DNA of 63,678 nt, filler included, from Licmophora abbreviata (GCA_900291995.1; 12 parts of 12 records of this genome joined end to end with filler, not necessarily neighbours in it); one strand, 5' to 3'. Numbered from the whole stretch's first letter, positions 12,476 to 25,207 are shown. Program-made: numbers and translations. The notes: a model not told the origin generated them from the letters alone.

Positions 12476-12777
12476 CGCGGTCTCATTGAGTCAGTCACTG
12501 CGACGAGACGAAGACGACAACGAGACGCGAGCGATCGAGTATGATGGATGCTTCTTGTGCTCTTAGTCACATTGCTTGCTTGAGGTGTCAATGCTTTCAC
12601 ACCTAACGGCGTCGCTATAGTCACGTCTTCGCCAATATTGTGGTCCCAACCTTCTGCACTACTTAAACTCATAGCTTATATATACAATTGAAAGTTCACG
12701 ATTGCATCCGCATGCATCAGTTTCGACGCAGAGTCGATGGCAGCGGCGGCGGCTGTTCACTCACAAACGACTGAGCA

Positions 12778-14034
12778 CTAGGTCACACTGCCTCGCCCTG
12801 ATGATTTCCGTTGGTCCTTTTCACGATCGGGATCCGTAGCAGAGCTTGACACTTCTCGATCCCAATATGCATACCGCGCCGGTGGACGGGAAGTGTCGAC
12901 GCTAGCTGATGGTAATACCGTCTCCATCGACGAGCGGCGTACGTGAGCTGGTGGTCCTATAGAAGACGAAGGGCCTCCAAAGTGCAGGCCTGCGAAAGCT
13001 CCCGATACCCCAGGGAACCCTTCCGGTCTAAGAAAGGCCCGATGGGAGCTGTCAGAGTCGTTTCTGTCTCCTGGTGCTAGCGACAAAGATGACCTGCTAG
13101 AACTTGGCTCAACTTGCGGCGCCTGTGCAAACAGCGGTGAATCGGTCCTGTAAAGGATGTCTCTCCGGGGTGGCAGTCCGATTGGATGTTGACTTGGAAA
13201 TGAGCTGTCACGTGCATACGATCCTCCATATGCCATAGCTCGGTTTACTTCTGCAGCCGTGTAGAGCCTTCCCGCGTCCATGTTCTGTTGAATCAGTAGA
13301 GGACTATGCTGCACGACGAGAGAGCACATATCACAGTGTGAGATACCGCATCGCACAGGTTGCTAATGATCGCTTTCCTCAATTTGGGGTGTGCTTACCT
13401 GTGCTAGCGAGGTCGTACGTTGCTGCAACAGAGAAGCCGGCACTAAGTCGTACATTCCTCCTAAGAAGCCTTGGCGCAGACCGGTCACTCTATTACTGCG
13501 CATGAGATCATTTATGACAAGCTTGCGCTCTTCATTCTCATGGTGGATTCTTTCGAGCGTGTACAATGCGTTCTGGACGATCTCCACTCGACTCATGCCT
13601 GTGTGAGACTCCCCTGTGGACTTGAGCCCCGCAAGTGACGTCCACTCGCCAGATGCAACCGGGTGCCTGCTTCTTTCTACAGCTTCTCTATTGAGATTTG
13701 GATCAATCCGCATGAGAAGTTCCATCAAGTCATCTAATCCTTTATTGACATTGCCGCGGCGTTGTTGTTCCCGGTGTCGCTTCCGTTCGGCGCGTGTCCC
13801 ATCGCCAACGTTCCTACGGGTTGACTCAGAATCCTGAATGTCTTGATCTTGCGCGCGACCACGTTTGCGAGTTGAAAGCGATGTGCGATCTCCAGTCGTA
13901 TCATAAATTCTGTCTGAACTAGATTCATTTTGAGAACTCCCTGCGGATGCGTTGTGTTGTGTAGGGGGAGTCTTCCCTAGGGACTCGACGCCACTACGAC
14001 TCGATTCTCCTTCGATAGGTTCCATGCCGGGCAT
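12778..14034 (-). CDS. bHLH transcription factor; intron 13309-13398
   Basis: Basic helix RKRHREQQRRGNVNKGLDDLMELL and helix 2 MSRVEIVQNALYTLERI. A 90-nt GTAAGC..GCAG intron joins ORFs 13363-14034 and 12778-13356 in frame. Confidence 0.75.
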
Positions 14035-14643
14035 GAAAAGGACTTGCGCATAGCTTCCTTCTCAATCCCAATTCTCTTTCCTGCGACAGAGGGCTCGCGT
14101 CTTTTCATGTTCCAACTTGTGCGACCAGCGCCGAGGGTTCGCAGGAGCTTCACCGGTCGACTTTCGTTCGAGTGACAGCAGAACCGGCAGGGTCCAAATC
14201 GTCCAAATTATGAGGGGAACGTGCCCCAGCGAACACACGATCCAACTTACTTATCAGCGCTTCTGTATTTGGACACTTTCACGTTTTGTATTACTGATAC
14301 TAATAGACTCGAATATGTCCACTTTCTGATAACCCATCCGGATTCGTTTATCACTGAATGAATGGAAACCACATATCACTTGACATGACTGTGACTGACT
14401 CGACTCGAATGAGTACACGGACACAAGCGGTATCACTTCGGCGCAAAACATTCCGCATTCCTCTCATCAAGCTTTTCCTTTTTCGCAACTTCTACCCACA
14501 AGCCTTCCGGAAGTACACACACAGCAAAAGGGTGGGCAACATCACAAAACGCAAGAAGCGTGGTCGCGTTTACACAAACACTTGTCTTTTCCCGAGTGTT
14601 CTTGTTCACTTTTGCATCGTTCAACCAGAAGTAGAGCGCCACC

Positions 14644-15769
14644 ATGATGATGAACTACCATGAAATGACGATGGACGAGCCGCGACACTCACCAGCCCGG
14701 AGAAAGCAGTTCCTCGTCATCTGTACCGTCATGGCAGGCGTATTCATTCATAGCCTGCTCACATCAGGAGCGATTTCGAAGGTAGACATCAAGGAGGGGG
14801 TCTTTCCTGGAGGAACCTTCGTGTACAAATATACGGCGAGGTATGTGTGTGAGACTGTGCGACAAGACATTCAAGTTTGACGTCGAGATAAATCTGCCGG
14901 TCTCGATCGAAATGGCGAAAGGTAGCGACACACTCACTCCGCTCCTTAAAATTGTCCACAGAGACTATGCGGCAAGTCAGGGGCTCATGCGTCACATTGG
15001 AGATGATCTGGACATGAAACCGAAAGAGTTTGTGGACGTCATGTACTCTCTATACCTAGACAACCCGAACGAGGTGAGCGGACGTCGCCAGCGCTTCGCT
15101 GCCGGCATCTTGGTCGACAAGACGGGGAAAGACATGAAAACAAAGTTACTGGATATGAATCCGGGACTCTTGAAGAAACAAAAAGGGAAAGTGCTTGAGG
15201 ACGCGCCCGCGTTCGAGCTATGGAAGCTTCTTGAGTACGAATCGGCGTCCCTTCCAAGTGTCGATGCCGCAGTGGTCCAGTTCCCTTTTACGGACGGCTT
15301 CGTTTCCTCGTTGATCCATAGCTACAAGGTGAGCTTTGCAAGGCGTCTACAAAATGACAGTCCACTTTGGTTTTCCGTGGCGTCTCAGCGTCATCGTTTA
15401 TTTATGTTTAACGTCTGCTACAGGTGATGCCTGCCTTGCGAAAGTACGCTCGAGAAGGAGGAAACTCTGTTCCCGTTATCTTCATGACCTGCAGTACAAA
15501 GGAACAGATGTGCACCCATTATGCGGTAAGTGCATACTATGCAGGTGCTCAGCTGGTGCACACTTTGTTTTAGGTGATATCCAGCTCACAGAACACGCGT
15601 ATTTCTCGCGTTCTTGCAGCCGCTGGTGAAGGGGAAAAAATTCTTGCTCGGAAAGCCAGACTCGGAGACGTGGAAAGCTAGTTTGCCTCCTGATCAGTTG
15701 ATCGACTGGTCAGTTATGAGACGAAGGCTGGTAAGGGTGATCCCACCGTTGAAGTTCTTAGGGTTGTAA
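14644..15769 (+). CDS. TEX264-like protein (N-terminal TM + GyrI-like domain); 4 exons: 14644-14840, 14962-15328, 15424-15525, 15620-15769
   Basis: Three canonical GT-AG introns give a continuous ORF. It contains the TM segment FLVICTVMAGVFIHSLL, then FVYKYTARDY, YSLYLDNPNEV..RFAAGILV, VVQFPFTDGFVSSLIHSYKVMPALRKY and HYAPL, collinear with TEX264 motifs. Confidence 0.7.
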
Positions 15770-16009
15770 GTAGCCTTTCGGCTCCGTTGCTACTCAATTC
15801 TCAACGCGCCTGCGGCATCACTTGATCATGGTCGCTACGCACCGAAATTGTTGGCCTCGTTCTCTGAATGCGTAATATACGATCGCCTGGATACCTGTAC
15901 CTCGGTGCTCATCACTCGAATGACTATATAATCAACAGCAAATCACGTATATCTGTTCCTAAAACTAGTCCTTTACTGTATGCTGCATGTATCACGTAAC
16001 GATTGTGGA

Positions 16010-17374
16010 CTAGTGGGTCGTACCAGTGACCTTTCCAAGCATCTTCAAACGGTTAGAGTCCATGACGGCAATACGACCAAGGGCAGCGCACTGCTCAAAA
16101 GGCTCGAGGAAGAGGGGCTGCGTGGGCTCGAACTCGACTTCGGCGTTCTCGAACTGCTGGAGCTCCGGAGGGTTGTCGACCTTCTGGTTTCCAGTCTTCT
16201 TGGACTGCTTCCAGAGGATCTTGGTCATCTTGCACGCAACCTTGGCGGTACGAGAGAAGATGACAGGCGTGTATCCGGGCTTGAGGACACCAGGGTGCTC
16301 CTGCACGGCGACCATGGCAGTGAAAGTCTTAATGGGCTTAAGTTCACCTTCCTTCTCGAGGTAGATGATGTCTCCCGGAGCGACCTTCTCGTCCTTGGCA
16401 ATACCCTTGATCGACATACCAACGGAGTTACCAGGTCCAGCGGATGGGAGGACCTTCTTGTGCTGCTCGATGGAGAACATCTTCTTTCCCTTGAGTCCCG
16501 AGGGGGAAATTCCGATGACATCACCTGGGCGAAGGGTTCCCTGCTCGATGGTTCCGCAAATGATCTGTCCAACTCCCTTGATGTTGTAAATGTTGGAGAC
16601 AGGAAGACGGAGAGGAGCATCCGGGAATCGCTTGGGGGGAACAATCAAGTCGTTCAAGGCATCGTAGAGAGTGAATCCCTCAACGACCTCCTTGGGGGTC
16701 CTGTTGGCCTTCCAGCCCTTGTACCAGGCGGCCTTGTCGGACTTCTCGACAAGGTTGTCTCCGTTGAATCCAGAGTAGGGAATGAAGGGGACCTTCTTGG
16801 GCTTGAAGCCAATCAATTGAAGCATCTTGACGAACTCGTCCTTGATCTCGCTGAAACGACCCTCGTCCCAGTTGCACGAGTCCATCTTGTTGACTCCGAC
16901 AATGATCTGCTCAACACCGAGAAGGTAGAGAAGACGAGCATGCTGACGGGTCTGACCTTCCTCGACTCCCATCTTGGCGTCGGCCTTGGCAATGGCGGCC
17001 TCGAAACCACCCTTTTCGGCGGGAACCAGCAAAAGACCCACATCGGCGGTCGCGGATCCGGTGATCATGTTCTTGATGTAATCCTTGTGACCCGGGGCAT
17101 CAACAATGGTGTAGTGGTACTTGTCAGTGAAGAACTCCTTGGTGTTGCACTGGATGGTGATACCACGGTCACGCTCTTCCTTGCAGGTATCAAGGTAATA
17201 GGCGAATCCGAACGAGGACTTTCCCTTCTCTTCGGCCATCTCCTGGAGCTTGGACATTTCACGATCGGAGATTCCTCCGAGCTTGAAGATGAGATGACCG
17301 CAGGTGGTCGACTTTCCGGCATCGACGTGGCCGCACACAACGAGCGACAGATGCTGCTTTCCTTCGGCGGACAT
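16010..17374 (-). CDS. EFL: Elongation factor-like (EFL) translational GTPase, not canonical eEF1A
   Basis: [15 protein letters not shown] and NKMD GTPase motifs. EFL-diagnostic segments [11 protein letters not shown] and the insertion [26 protein letters not shown]. Intronless with strong codon bias. Confidence 0.92.
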   Translation of the reverse strand: MSAEGKQHLSLVVCGHVDAGKSTTCGHLIFKLGGISDREMSKLQEMAEEKGKSSFGFAYYLDTCKEERDRGITIQCNTKEFFTDKYHYTIVDAPGHKDYIKNMITGSATADVGLLLVPAEKGGFEAAIAKADAKMGVEEGQTRQHARLLYLLGVEQIIVGVNKMDSCNWDEGRFSEIKDEFVKMLQLIGFKPKKVPFIPYSGFNGDNLVEKSDKAAWYKGWKANRTPKEVVEGFTLYDALNDLIVPPKRFPDAPLRLPVSNIYNIKGVGQIICGTIEQGTLRPGDVIGISPSGLKGKKMFSIEQHKKVLPSAGPGNSVGMSIKGIAKDEKVAPGDIIYLEKEGELKPIKTFTAMVAVQEHPGVLKPGYTPVIFSRTAKVACKMTKILWKQSKKTGNQKVDNPPELQQFENAEVEFEPTQPLFLEPFEQCAALGRIAVMDSNRLKMLGKVTGTTH

Positions 17375-17971
17375 GGTTCCTTGCTTTATTTCTCTTGCGA
17401 AAGTACGAACAGATCGATGAACGAATGGGCAAAAGCCAGAATTTGTGGCACTTGCAAGTGGGAGTGTGTGTGTGGACCAGAAGATTCACGGCAATGCCAG
17501 TTTCGATGAAGTGGAACGAAACTCGAAGAATTGTGTGGCTCCGCTGGGCTCTATGCAGAAATTGTACGGCTCTGGGAGCATTTCACGTAGGTTTCTACGT
17601 GTTTCATTAGGAGGTGAGCAGTCCACGTCATCCTTTGCAAACTATGGTGTGTTCGAGTGGGTGTTCGCAGATTGAAGATGCGCAAATCCACAATGAAATG
17701 GCGGCAACGTCTGTCTTCGTTTGTTGTATTTCTGAAAATCAATCTATCATACCGGTGTTAGCTAGCCATATGATACAAGAGGAGTCTACAACTACTGGTA
17801 GGTCGCTCGTATAGATCTTAACTCGCCGTTAGACTGTTGAAGGATCGCATTCTCGCACAATAGCTAGCTGTCCGTAAGCACTCGTGCCTCGGAGAGGCCA
17901 GGCTGGAACGTAGAGCCTACTCGCTAGAAATAGTTTACTAGGTGCCGCCTCCATACAAAGTGGCTGGCGCA

Positions 17972-20794
17972 TTACGTGTCGTCGTCGTCTTCGTCGCTTT
18001 CCTCATCTTCTTCCAGGTCAAACAGATTCAACGCGACGTGAGTCTGCAGGGAATTGCAAACGGCGCCAACGCCGCGAGACCCGCTCACGAGTAGCTTCCA
18101 ATCGCCGGAGCCAGCACTAGCAACACGACGGGCTGCAAATACAAAGAGGCAAGATAAATAAGGAAAGCAAGCCGCAACGGCAACACAACACGGACATAAC
18201 TTACTCCTGGCAAACACCAGCGACGCTTCATCTGTTGCAATTTCGCCGTCTTGAAGTGGCATAACTGGAACGGAGGTCGTCGCGTCCCCTTCTTGCAAGA
18301 CTAGCTTTTCGTCGAGATTGACGTCGGGCGCAGCAAGTACTTGAAACGCGACTGACTCGTACGGAACGACCCAGAGCTCGTCAATATCGTTCCGTCGAGC
18401 CAGCAATCCGATTGCCTGACGCCCTTCCTTGCCCGTTCCACTGTCAATCCCAGAAGACAACGAGCTCTTCCCGTCGTCACCGTAAAAGGCTATCTGTCGG
18501 ATATGATTGTCTGGGGTAAGCACCAAGCGAGAAAACAGGTAGTAGGGTGTCTTGATTTCACCCTGGGCACAGTGTTCATCGAGTCCATCTTCTCCGTCGA
18601 GCAAGTCATCATCGTTTGACATGGCAGTCTCATTCCATCCAAGCGGAACGGCATATAGGCACACACTGTCATGTTGGCCCTTCCAGCTCGATGCCTTGGC
18701 AATCAAGGCCCAGTTTCGGCAACAGGACAGATCTGGTCCACCCTCCGCCATCGAGCCTGTGATGAGACAAGGCCTATAACATCCCTCGGTTGTGTCACGC
18801 GCCGTGTCACTTCCAACTGCTCTACTGCCACACCCAACTCGCGTGTGAATGTCCATGGGCACGTCCGCATCTTCATTCGGAATAACCCAATCTTGTTGCG
18901 ACAACGACTGCGATACGTGTGCACGAGGCTCTGCGAAGGCAATCGCCATGTCCTCTTCCGCGCTCAGTAGCAATTCGGGCAATGACTTGTTGTCGCAGCC
19001 GGCATCGTGATGCACGGCCCTTGGTGAAGTAGGACGTTTCTTCTGCGAATCCACCGCACTACATAAGTGCGAAACATCCAATCCCAACAGTCGCTCCGTA
19101 AGGCTACTACTTGTTCCTTTAGATCCTTGTTGCGACGCACTCATCGTCAGGTATTCAGTGACATGCTGTATGGTCGTTTGAGGTACACGCCGTTGTTTGT
19201 GTGTGTCGTGTGACAAGCTGCGGTGCTTGATCTGGGCCGAAACGCTTCGCAACCACGCGACGAACTCATGGAGACGCACTCGCGCCTGGACCAGCATAGA
19301 CAGTAACAGCTCCGCTGTGCGATACAACGACTGTACAGACTGCTGCAGCTGGAGCGTAGAGCTAGTACGACTGTTGTCACCCTGTCTTGCGTCATCCCAT
19401 AGTCCTACCAGCTGGAGGGCGTCGTAAACGAGTGCTCGTGCCGGACGTACGAGTCCCTTGCGACACGTTCCTTCGACGTTGCCCAACGCAGCATGAAGCG
19501 ACTTTTCCACACGTTGCACCAACTGATCATTCATTTGTACGCTGGTGAAGAACTGATCCAGAGCTGAGTTTGTCGAAGACTTGGATGTAGTTGTAGAGTC
19601 AGTCGGTTGACCAAAACGAATGTAGTGTAGCAGGACGGTGGATAGATCCTCTGTAACGCCATAGTTGGTCATCACCTTCTGCAGTGCTTCCAACTTGACA
19701 TCTAGCGGCTTAAGGGAAGACTTCCAACAAGCCAATGTTTCATGGAGATGTCGCTTTATTGCGTTCACCTGCCATGTCATGGAACCGTACAAGGCTGTCG
19801 TTACTTGCAATCCATACCGATGATGCTGCAATGCCGGCAAGGCGAAGCACGTCACGTGGCTGGAAGAAGAAGAAGAGCCGCGTTGAAATAGTAAATACGT
19901 CAAATCGGAACTACAACACAGTTTCGTCACAGCTGAGTTCTCTTCAAGAGTCTCACAAGTCAATGTGGCAATCGGGTACCGGCCATGCAAGTACAAACCC
20001 ACGCTGCCATTCGACGCGGCGACACTGAGCAGACTCAACGGCGTCCGACACGAAGGAGACAGCTGCTGGTACTGTAGCGCTTCATCCATTTCGTCGTCAT
20101 AAAGTCCATCCTCCACGACATAGTGATGGTGGTTGTGAGCATAATCGTCGGGTTGTGTTCCATGATACGCGGGCGGCAAAAAGCGCGACGCCCGATCCAA
20201 ATAATACTGCGACTGATACACCCACGTGACTTGTCGTAAGTGTTCCACGTTGGTTATACGCCAGTTCGGATGCGGTTTGCCGACATGTGCCCATGACATG
20301 GCCAAAATACTAGAGTCCTGCGACACCTCTTTGTTGCCGTCTGCTAATGCCACTTGACTCAGGGGTGGCGTTTCCGCGTCACCAATCGTCTCGACGTGAT
20401 ACAGCGCAAGGATCTGATTCGAGGTAGCAATAGCCAAAGATCGTCCATCGGGACTCCAGCAGACTTGTTGCACTGAGGGCTCCTTCTCCACGCCGGTCGA
20501 GGCAGCATCGACATTGGTAGCCGCAGCAGCGCTAAGACTAGGCGTAGCCGTCACCACTCTGGCTGCCAGTCGCTGCCACGACACCGTGCGATGCAGTAAG
20601 ATCGTATTCATCTGACTAGATAGGAACACCATGAGGTCCATGGACGGACATAGAGCCATCGGTCTGTTGCAGGATGAGGAGGACACCGCGTTGTTGTTGT
20701 TGTTGTTCGAAGCGGCGACGTACATGGTGCGCGATTGAATTGGCGTGAAACATTGCTTCGATATGTCTGCTTTCTCTGTGGACTGGATGGGATC
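17972..20794 (-). CDS. APC4: Anaphase-promoting complex subunit 4; probable in-frame intron 18133-18204; start codon uncertain (20794 or 20725)
   Basis: CPSMDL..LHRTVSWQRL..WSPDGRSLAIA (APC4 WD40 start), a central helical region (LHEFVAWL) and C-terminal VSGSRGVGAV...LFDLEEDE. A 72-nt GTAAGT..TTTGCAG segment encodes a Cys/Phe-rich non-homologous stretch. Confidence 0.85.
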   Translation of the reverse strand, partial: DPIQSTEKADISKQCFTPIQSRTMYVAASNNNNNNAVSSSSCNRPMALCPSMDLMVFLSSQMNTILLHRTVSWQRLAARVVTATPSLSAAAATNVDAASTGVEKEPSVQQVCWSPDGRSLAIATSNQILALYHVETIGDAETPPLSQVALADGNKEVSQDSSILAMSWAHVGKPHPNWRITNVEHLRQVTWVYQSQYYLDRASRFLPPAYHGTQPDDYAHNHHHYVVEDGLYDDEMDEALQYQQLSPSCRTPLSLLSVAASNGSVGLYLHGRYPIATLTCETLEENSAVTKLCCSSDLTYLLFQRGSSSSSSHVTCFALPALQHHRYGLQVTTALYGSMTWQVNAIKRHLHETLACWKSSLKPLDVKLEALQKVMTNYGVTEDLSTVLLHYIRFGQPTDSTTTSKSSTNSALDQFFTSVQMNDQLVQRVEKSLHAALGNVEGTCRKGLVRPARALVYDALQLVGLWDDARQGDNSRTSSTLQLQQSVQSLYRTAELLLSMLVQARVRLHEFVAWLRSVSAQIKHRSLSHDTHKQRRVPQTTIQHVTEYLTMSASQQGSKGTSSSLTERLLGLDVSHLCSAVDSQKKRPTSPRAVHHDAGCDNKSLPELLLSAEEDMAIAFAEPRAHVSQSLSQQDWVIPNEDADVPMDIHTRVGCGSRAVGSDTARDTTEGCYRPCLITGSMAEGGPDLSCCRNWALIAKASSWKGQHDSVCLYAVPLGWNETAMSNDDDLLDGEDGLDEHCAQGEIKTPYYLFSRLVLTPDNHIRQIAFYGDDGKSSLSSGIDSGTGKEGRQAIGLLARRNDIDELWVVPYESVAFQVLAAPDVNLDEKLVLQEGDATTSVPVMPLQDGEIATDEASLVFARSKLCPCCVAVAACFPYLSCLFVFAARRVASAGSGDWKLLVSGSRGVGAVCNSLQTHVALNLFDLEEDEESDEDDDDT

Positions 20795-21204
20795 CATCTT
20801 CGAAATCTCAGGGGGCTTGCACAAGTCAGGAAAGGCTGAGAGGTTTAGATCGGATACGGAAAACCAAGAGCCCTCGCCTCGACGTCCGCCATCTTGTCAT
20901 CACATCATTGCGAATATTTCGACAAAATCCAGAACAAGAAATGCGAACTTTTCGTTCCAACATCACCATTTGGAGCTCGAGATGGCTCGAGCTTTCGTCC
21001 GTTTTCGAATTTTGGAGCTCGCAGTCCGAATGGGGAAGAGAAAAATGTCGCCGGAAGCACACCGCGACATCTTTCGTGTTACCACTTCGACGATGACAGA
21101 AAAGAAAGCAGAACACGACCCAAGCGTTCGTTCTGTTTGTGTCTGTTGTCGCTGCCGTTTTTATCGTGACTTTTTGGATAGTATTCATTCGATTTTACAC
21201 TGCG

Positions 21205-22475
21205 ATGTTTTCTTGGTCTCAGTCTCAACGGCAGCAGCGACGGACAACAACCACGTCGACCTATCCGGCGCAGCGCACTGCTCGCACCGGCGGTATCAGT
21301 CAATCACAGAGTGGACCGCCGGTACTTGCACAAACGGTGCAGGGATCCATCCGACCGCCTACGAATGCTTCTCAGAACTACACACGACAGCAGCATATCG
21401 ATTCGTACTTGAATGATGCTACGCTGCAGCGATCGACACGAAAAGTATCAGCAGGTACGAACAGCGGAGTATTGACGCGTGGCTGCCTCCATGTCCGACT
21501 TGTGCAAAGCCTCATGCATTTTTCTCCCATTTCAATATTTCAGATGACTCTACATACGATACAGTCTTTCAAACGACTACTGGCAACGCCTTGATTCTGC
21601 GAGTGCACATTGGAGGAGGCTCGTCGTCGTCTCAAGTTCCTTGTCCTGCCATGACGCTCGTGGGAGTCAAGGTCCGCCATGCCTGGTTGGATGCGAGGAT
21701 GCGAGTGACTGGCTATGCGCCGATTCAGAATGACACGTCGTGGCAGCAATGCGACTTGTTGCTGGGCACTGCCGTGCATCAGGTCGTGCAGCATTTGCAG
21801 CTGCAGCCACCCGAAATTCTCGAAATTACCGATGCGGGGTTGCAGCAACTGCAACAGAGGTTGGGTGGTGCGACTGGGGGCGGGAGCAGCAGAAGCGGAA
21901 ACAATGGGAGCACAGTGGCGGCGCCGCCCGATTACAGTACACTGTTTGAAGCGCAGTTGCCTGATATGCCGACTATTCCGAGTGACTTCCCCGTGCTGCA
22001 GTCGAAGTCGAGAGACGAACTGCAGAAACTGATGCGGAACGACGTCGAATTCCAGCAGCTGCTGGAATCTCTCCCAGTTTACTCACAGTATCAAGGTATG
22101 GCGCTATCTGTTGTAGAAGAGAACGCTCAAGTGGCATTGGCGAATCTTGACGAGGAGGTGAAATTGAAAGAGTTACACTCTCGCGTCTCAAAGCTACAAA
22201 CGTCCTTGGGGCCAAAGCTGAACGAATATGAGCAGCTCGAGAAAAACTACCACTCGCTCACAGCGCCACCCGACGCCAAAGACGTCATGAAGCAACTGAA
22301 CAAAGGAAAGAGGGAAGCGTTTGAGGAATCGGAGCAACTTGCGGACACTTGGGTCGAGTCGGCAACTGCAGTTGACGAGCTACCTGATTTTCTTGAGCGA
22401 TTCTTGGAGATTCGACAAGTACATCACGCCCGAGCCGCAAAAATTGAACGTCTACAACAAGAACAGTTGAGATGA
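21205..22475 (+). CDS. VPS37: VPS37-like ESCRT-I subunit (C-terminal Mod(r) domain); intron 21455-21543
   Basis: Coiled coil followed by EESEQLADTW...FLERFLEIRQVHHARAAKIE, matching Mod(r). The intron GTACGA..TTTCAG joins the upstream MFSWSQ exon in frame. Confidence 0.75.
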
Positions 22476-22516
22476 TGGTAGCATGGTGCTATGCTTGTAT
22501 TATGGGCGAGATAAAG

Positions 22517-25207
22517 TCATCTAGAGTCGATCGCACGATGTGCTGTAACTTCCTCTTGTCGTAGCACTTGCTTTCTTGCTTCCCGGGAGGCCAAAGATCC
22601 CACAAACGTCGTTAGAAATGCGTACAGCCCTTCTAAGCCATGGCATTCGCGAAGATATTCCAAGTACCGGACTTTGATTTTGCCTTGAATGTCATCGACC
22701 GACGACAGCTTGTGGCGTTCGCAGAAGTCGGTAGCGTATCCACAAAAAATAGCTCCGTGCGTGATCGACAGCGCCTTAGGTGCGGTGCTTCTGTTCGGTT
22801 CATCATATAGAGTCTTAACTAGAATTGGCGACAAGTCAGTAAAAAGGATCGACTTGGAGTGTGCTTGGTTGCCGGGGTCGTCCAGCGCTGGAAGAGGCGA
22901 GCAGCGCCAAAGCATCGTGCAGAAGTCCCACAAGAAACAGTTGAAGATCGCAATGCTACAGAATGATGAGGTCGAATGAAACGCACTAGAAAAAGCTACT
23001 CACTGTACACCAAAAGAAGCGTATTTTTCACTTACCGAGGGTCTGTCGCTTTCTCATCTGCGCTCTTCAGTTGCTGATATGCACTCTTGTAATTGACGAG
23101 TAGTCCGCAGACTTTGTCTACGCTCAACGCCGATGGCGATAGCAAGAATCGATACATAAGTGCCGGACTCGGCGCTCCAAGAAATATCGATCCTCCCTCG
23201 CGACACAGACGTGAGGCAGTATCGAAGAATCCCAATGAGGCTTGTCGGAGCAATTCATGGGCGTCATTCACCAAGAATCCCTTCAGTAGCAACCGATCCG
23301 TCCACTGAATGAGATCTTCTAGTGTAGACTGCTTGACTTCCGCCGGATCGTCATTATTGTTGCGCCGTTTCTTGCCCGTACGCATTGCCCGGGCCCAGTC
23401 CAAGCGTTCCCATCGTTCTAGCAGCTTGGACAGGGCCCCAGTGACGATCGCATACTGTAATCCGGGAGGTCCATAAACAAACTGCTGGGCAAGGTATCGG
23501 AGTATTGATGAATTCAGTTCCGAAAACGACATTGGAGTAAGTTTCGGCAGCAACTCGTGACAAAGCACTAATCCGGCCTTGTCTGACCCATCCCAATTGG
23601 GCAGTATCTCGTCGAGGAGGAAGTTCTCGATTTCGGGTAGAAGAGAATCGATCTGAGTAGCCATGGATGCCATTGCCCTCAAAAGTCGCATCCTCCGATC
23701 CATGGATGCCATTGCGGGTCCAATCGCTGCGGCAGGTATGTCAGATTGTACTTTGTCGCCTTGGTCCACACAAATATCGGACAAGTTGCCGTATTGCCCA
23801 TCTTTGTCCTTGCTATCTTCGTGCGACTGCTCACTAGAGTTCTCACCGTGCGAGTTCATATCGGCATCTTCCTTGGCTGCGTCAAGACTTGAGCTCTCCC
23901 GATGATACCATTCTTCGTGTAGCATGTAGGGAAGGCATGCCTGTAGACGGATCAACTCACTCTGTGCAACTGAAGAAGCCCCTGGATTATTCGTAGCCAG
24001 AATCAACACAGACTGGAGTCTCTCGTCCGATAATAGGTCCGACGCTCCCATCACATTTCGACTTCTGTTTCCTGCGAGTCCCCAGGAAAAGGAATGTACC
24101 CCATCGAACGCTTTGTCAAGCCATTCCAACGAGTAAGACATGGTAGCGCCAATTCGGTCATTGTTCACTCTCACACGCTTCTCAGGTCGACTTAGTGCGT
24201 CGGAGCCAACAATGTTCGTCACGCGAAAGGCTTGCTCCCACTTTTCATCCGGAACTAAAAAACAATCAGACGACAGCAACGTGAGCACTACAAACTGCAC
24301 GTTGCAGCAGGCATAGTCGCACACGACACGTACTATGAAAGCATCGAGACCAAGCACCGCTTCCCATGCGTCGATAGGACGAAAAGAAAGAACCGCAACC
24401 GCTAGGATCATAGCGAGCATACAATTGCAATAACAACCAGATCGGCGACAGTTGATTGTTCTGACTCTTTGATACAATAGACGACTTATCGTACCAAGCT
24501 CGGAGGCGCTTGGCTCGATCGATGCGAACATGGCGACGTCGCGTTATAGCATGTAGTAATCTGACTGCATCCATGCAACACTTGGGGTCAGATACCATGC
24601 TGAAGATCACGCCATACAGGTGCGACAGCGTCTCTCGAGCTTGTCCGACAAGGCAGCCACTTCTCAATGCCAGCGTCAGGAATCTCAATACGAAAAGCCG
24701 CCCGTCACCAGCACATCTTATCGAAAGAAGTCTACTAATAAGTGCTGAGGTGATTTGCCGATGCTGTTGGTCGCTTCGACTTGGGATCATGCATCGAACA
24801 AGACTGCAAAAGTGTTTGCATGTTCCATCGACCAGGGCACTGACGTGACTTCCATTCTTGTTCTCTGGAAGTGTCTCGCATGCCGCAAGACAGACACACC
24901 AGATCTGCGAGCAAGTCAGCCCAGTTTCATTTGCTAGCTCTGTCAGCGAAGCTATACTTGCAGCAGCCTCCTTGCTCGAGATAGCAGTTCGGTCTTGGCG
25001 AGAGGGCCAAGTGGTGGATACATCGGGAGGAGCTGTGACGATCTCGTTGTTGTCCTCGTGCTGTTCTTCAGTGGACTGTGGACAACCGTCCGGGAATAAG
25101 TGGTGTCCCAGAGGCCCAAATGCTATTTGGAAGACTGTGTCATGGCCGTTCTCTTGCTCAGGCGAGGAATGCAGCGGCCGTTTGTCGGTCATGGTCAACG
25201 TGAACAT
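22517..25207 (-). CDS. CENPI: CENP-I/Mis6/Ctf3-like inner kinetochore protein; introns 24255-24333 and ~22956-23035
   Basis: LLHAITRRRHVRIDR, LLLQLYARYDP, EILPNWDG, FNCFLWDFCTMLWR, LSITHGAIF and YLEYL..HGLEGL are collinear with Mis6-family motifs. Two canonical introns join the three ORFs. Confidence 0.75.

Noticed and set aside
15980..17509. 509-aa ORF antisense to EFL
   Set aside because: It is codon-aligned with EFL on the opposite strand. It is explained by avoidance of TTA/CTA/TCA codons in a highly biased gene, and it has no recognisable motifs.
20745..21416. 223-aa ORF across the APC4/VPS37 divergent promoter
   Set aside because: It overlaps two better-supported genes in other frames, and its composition is not protein-like.
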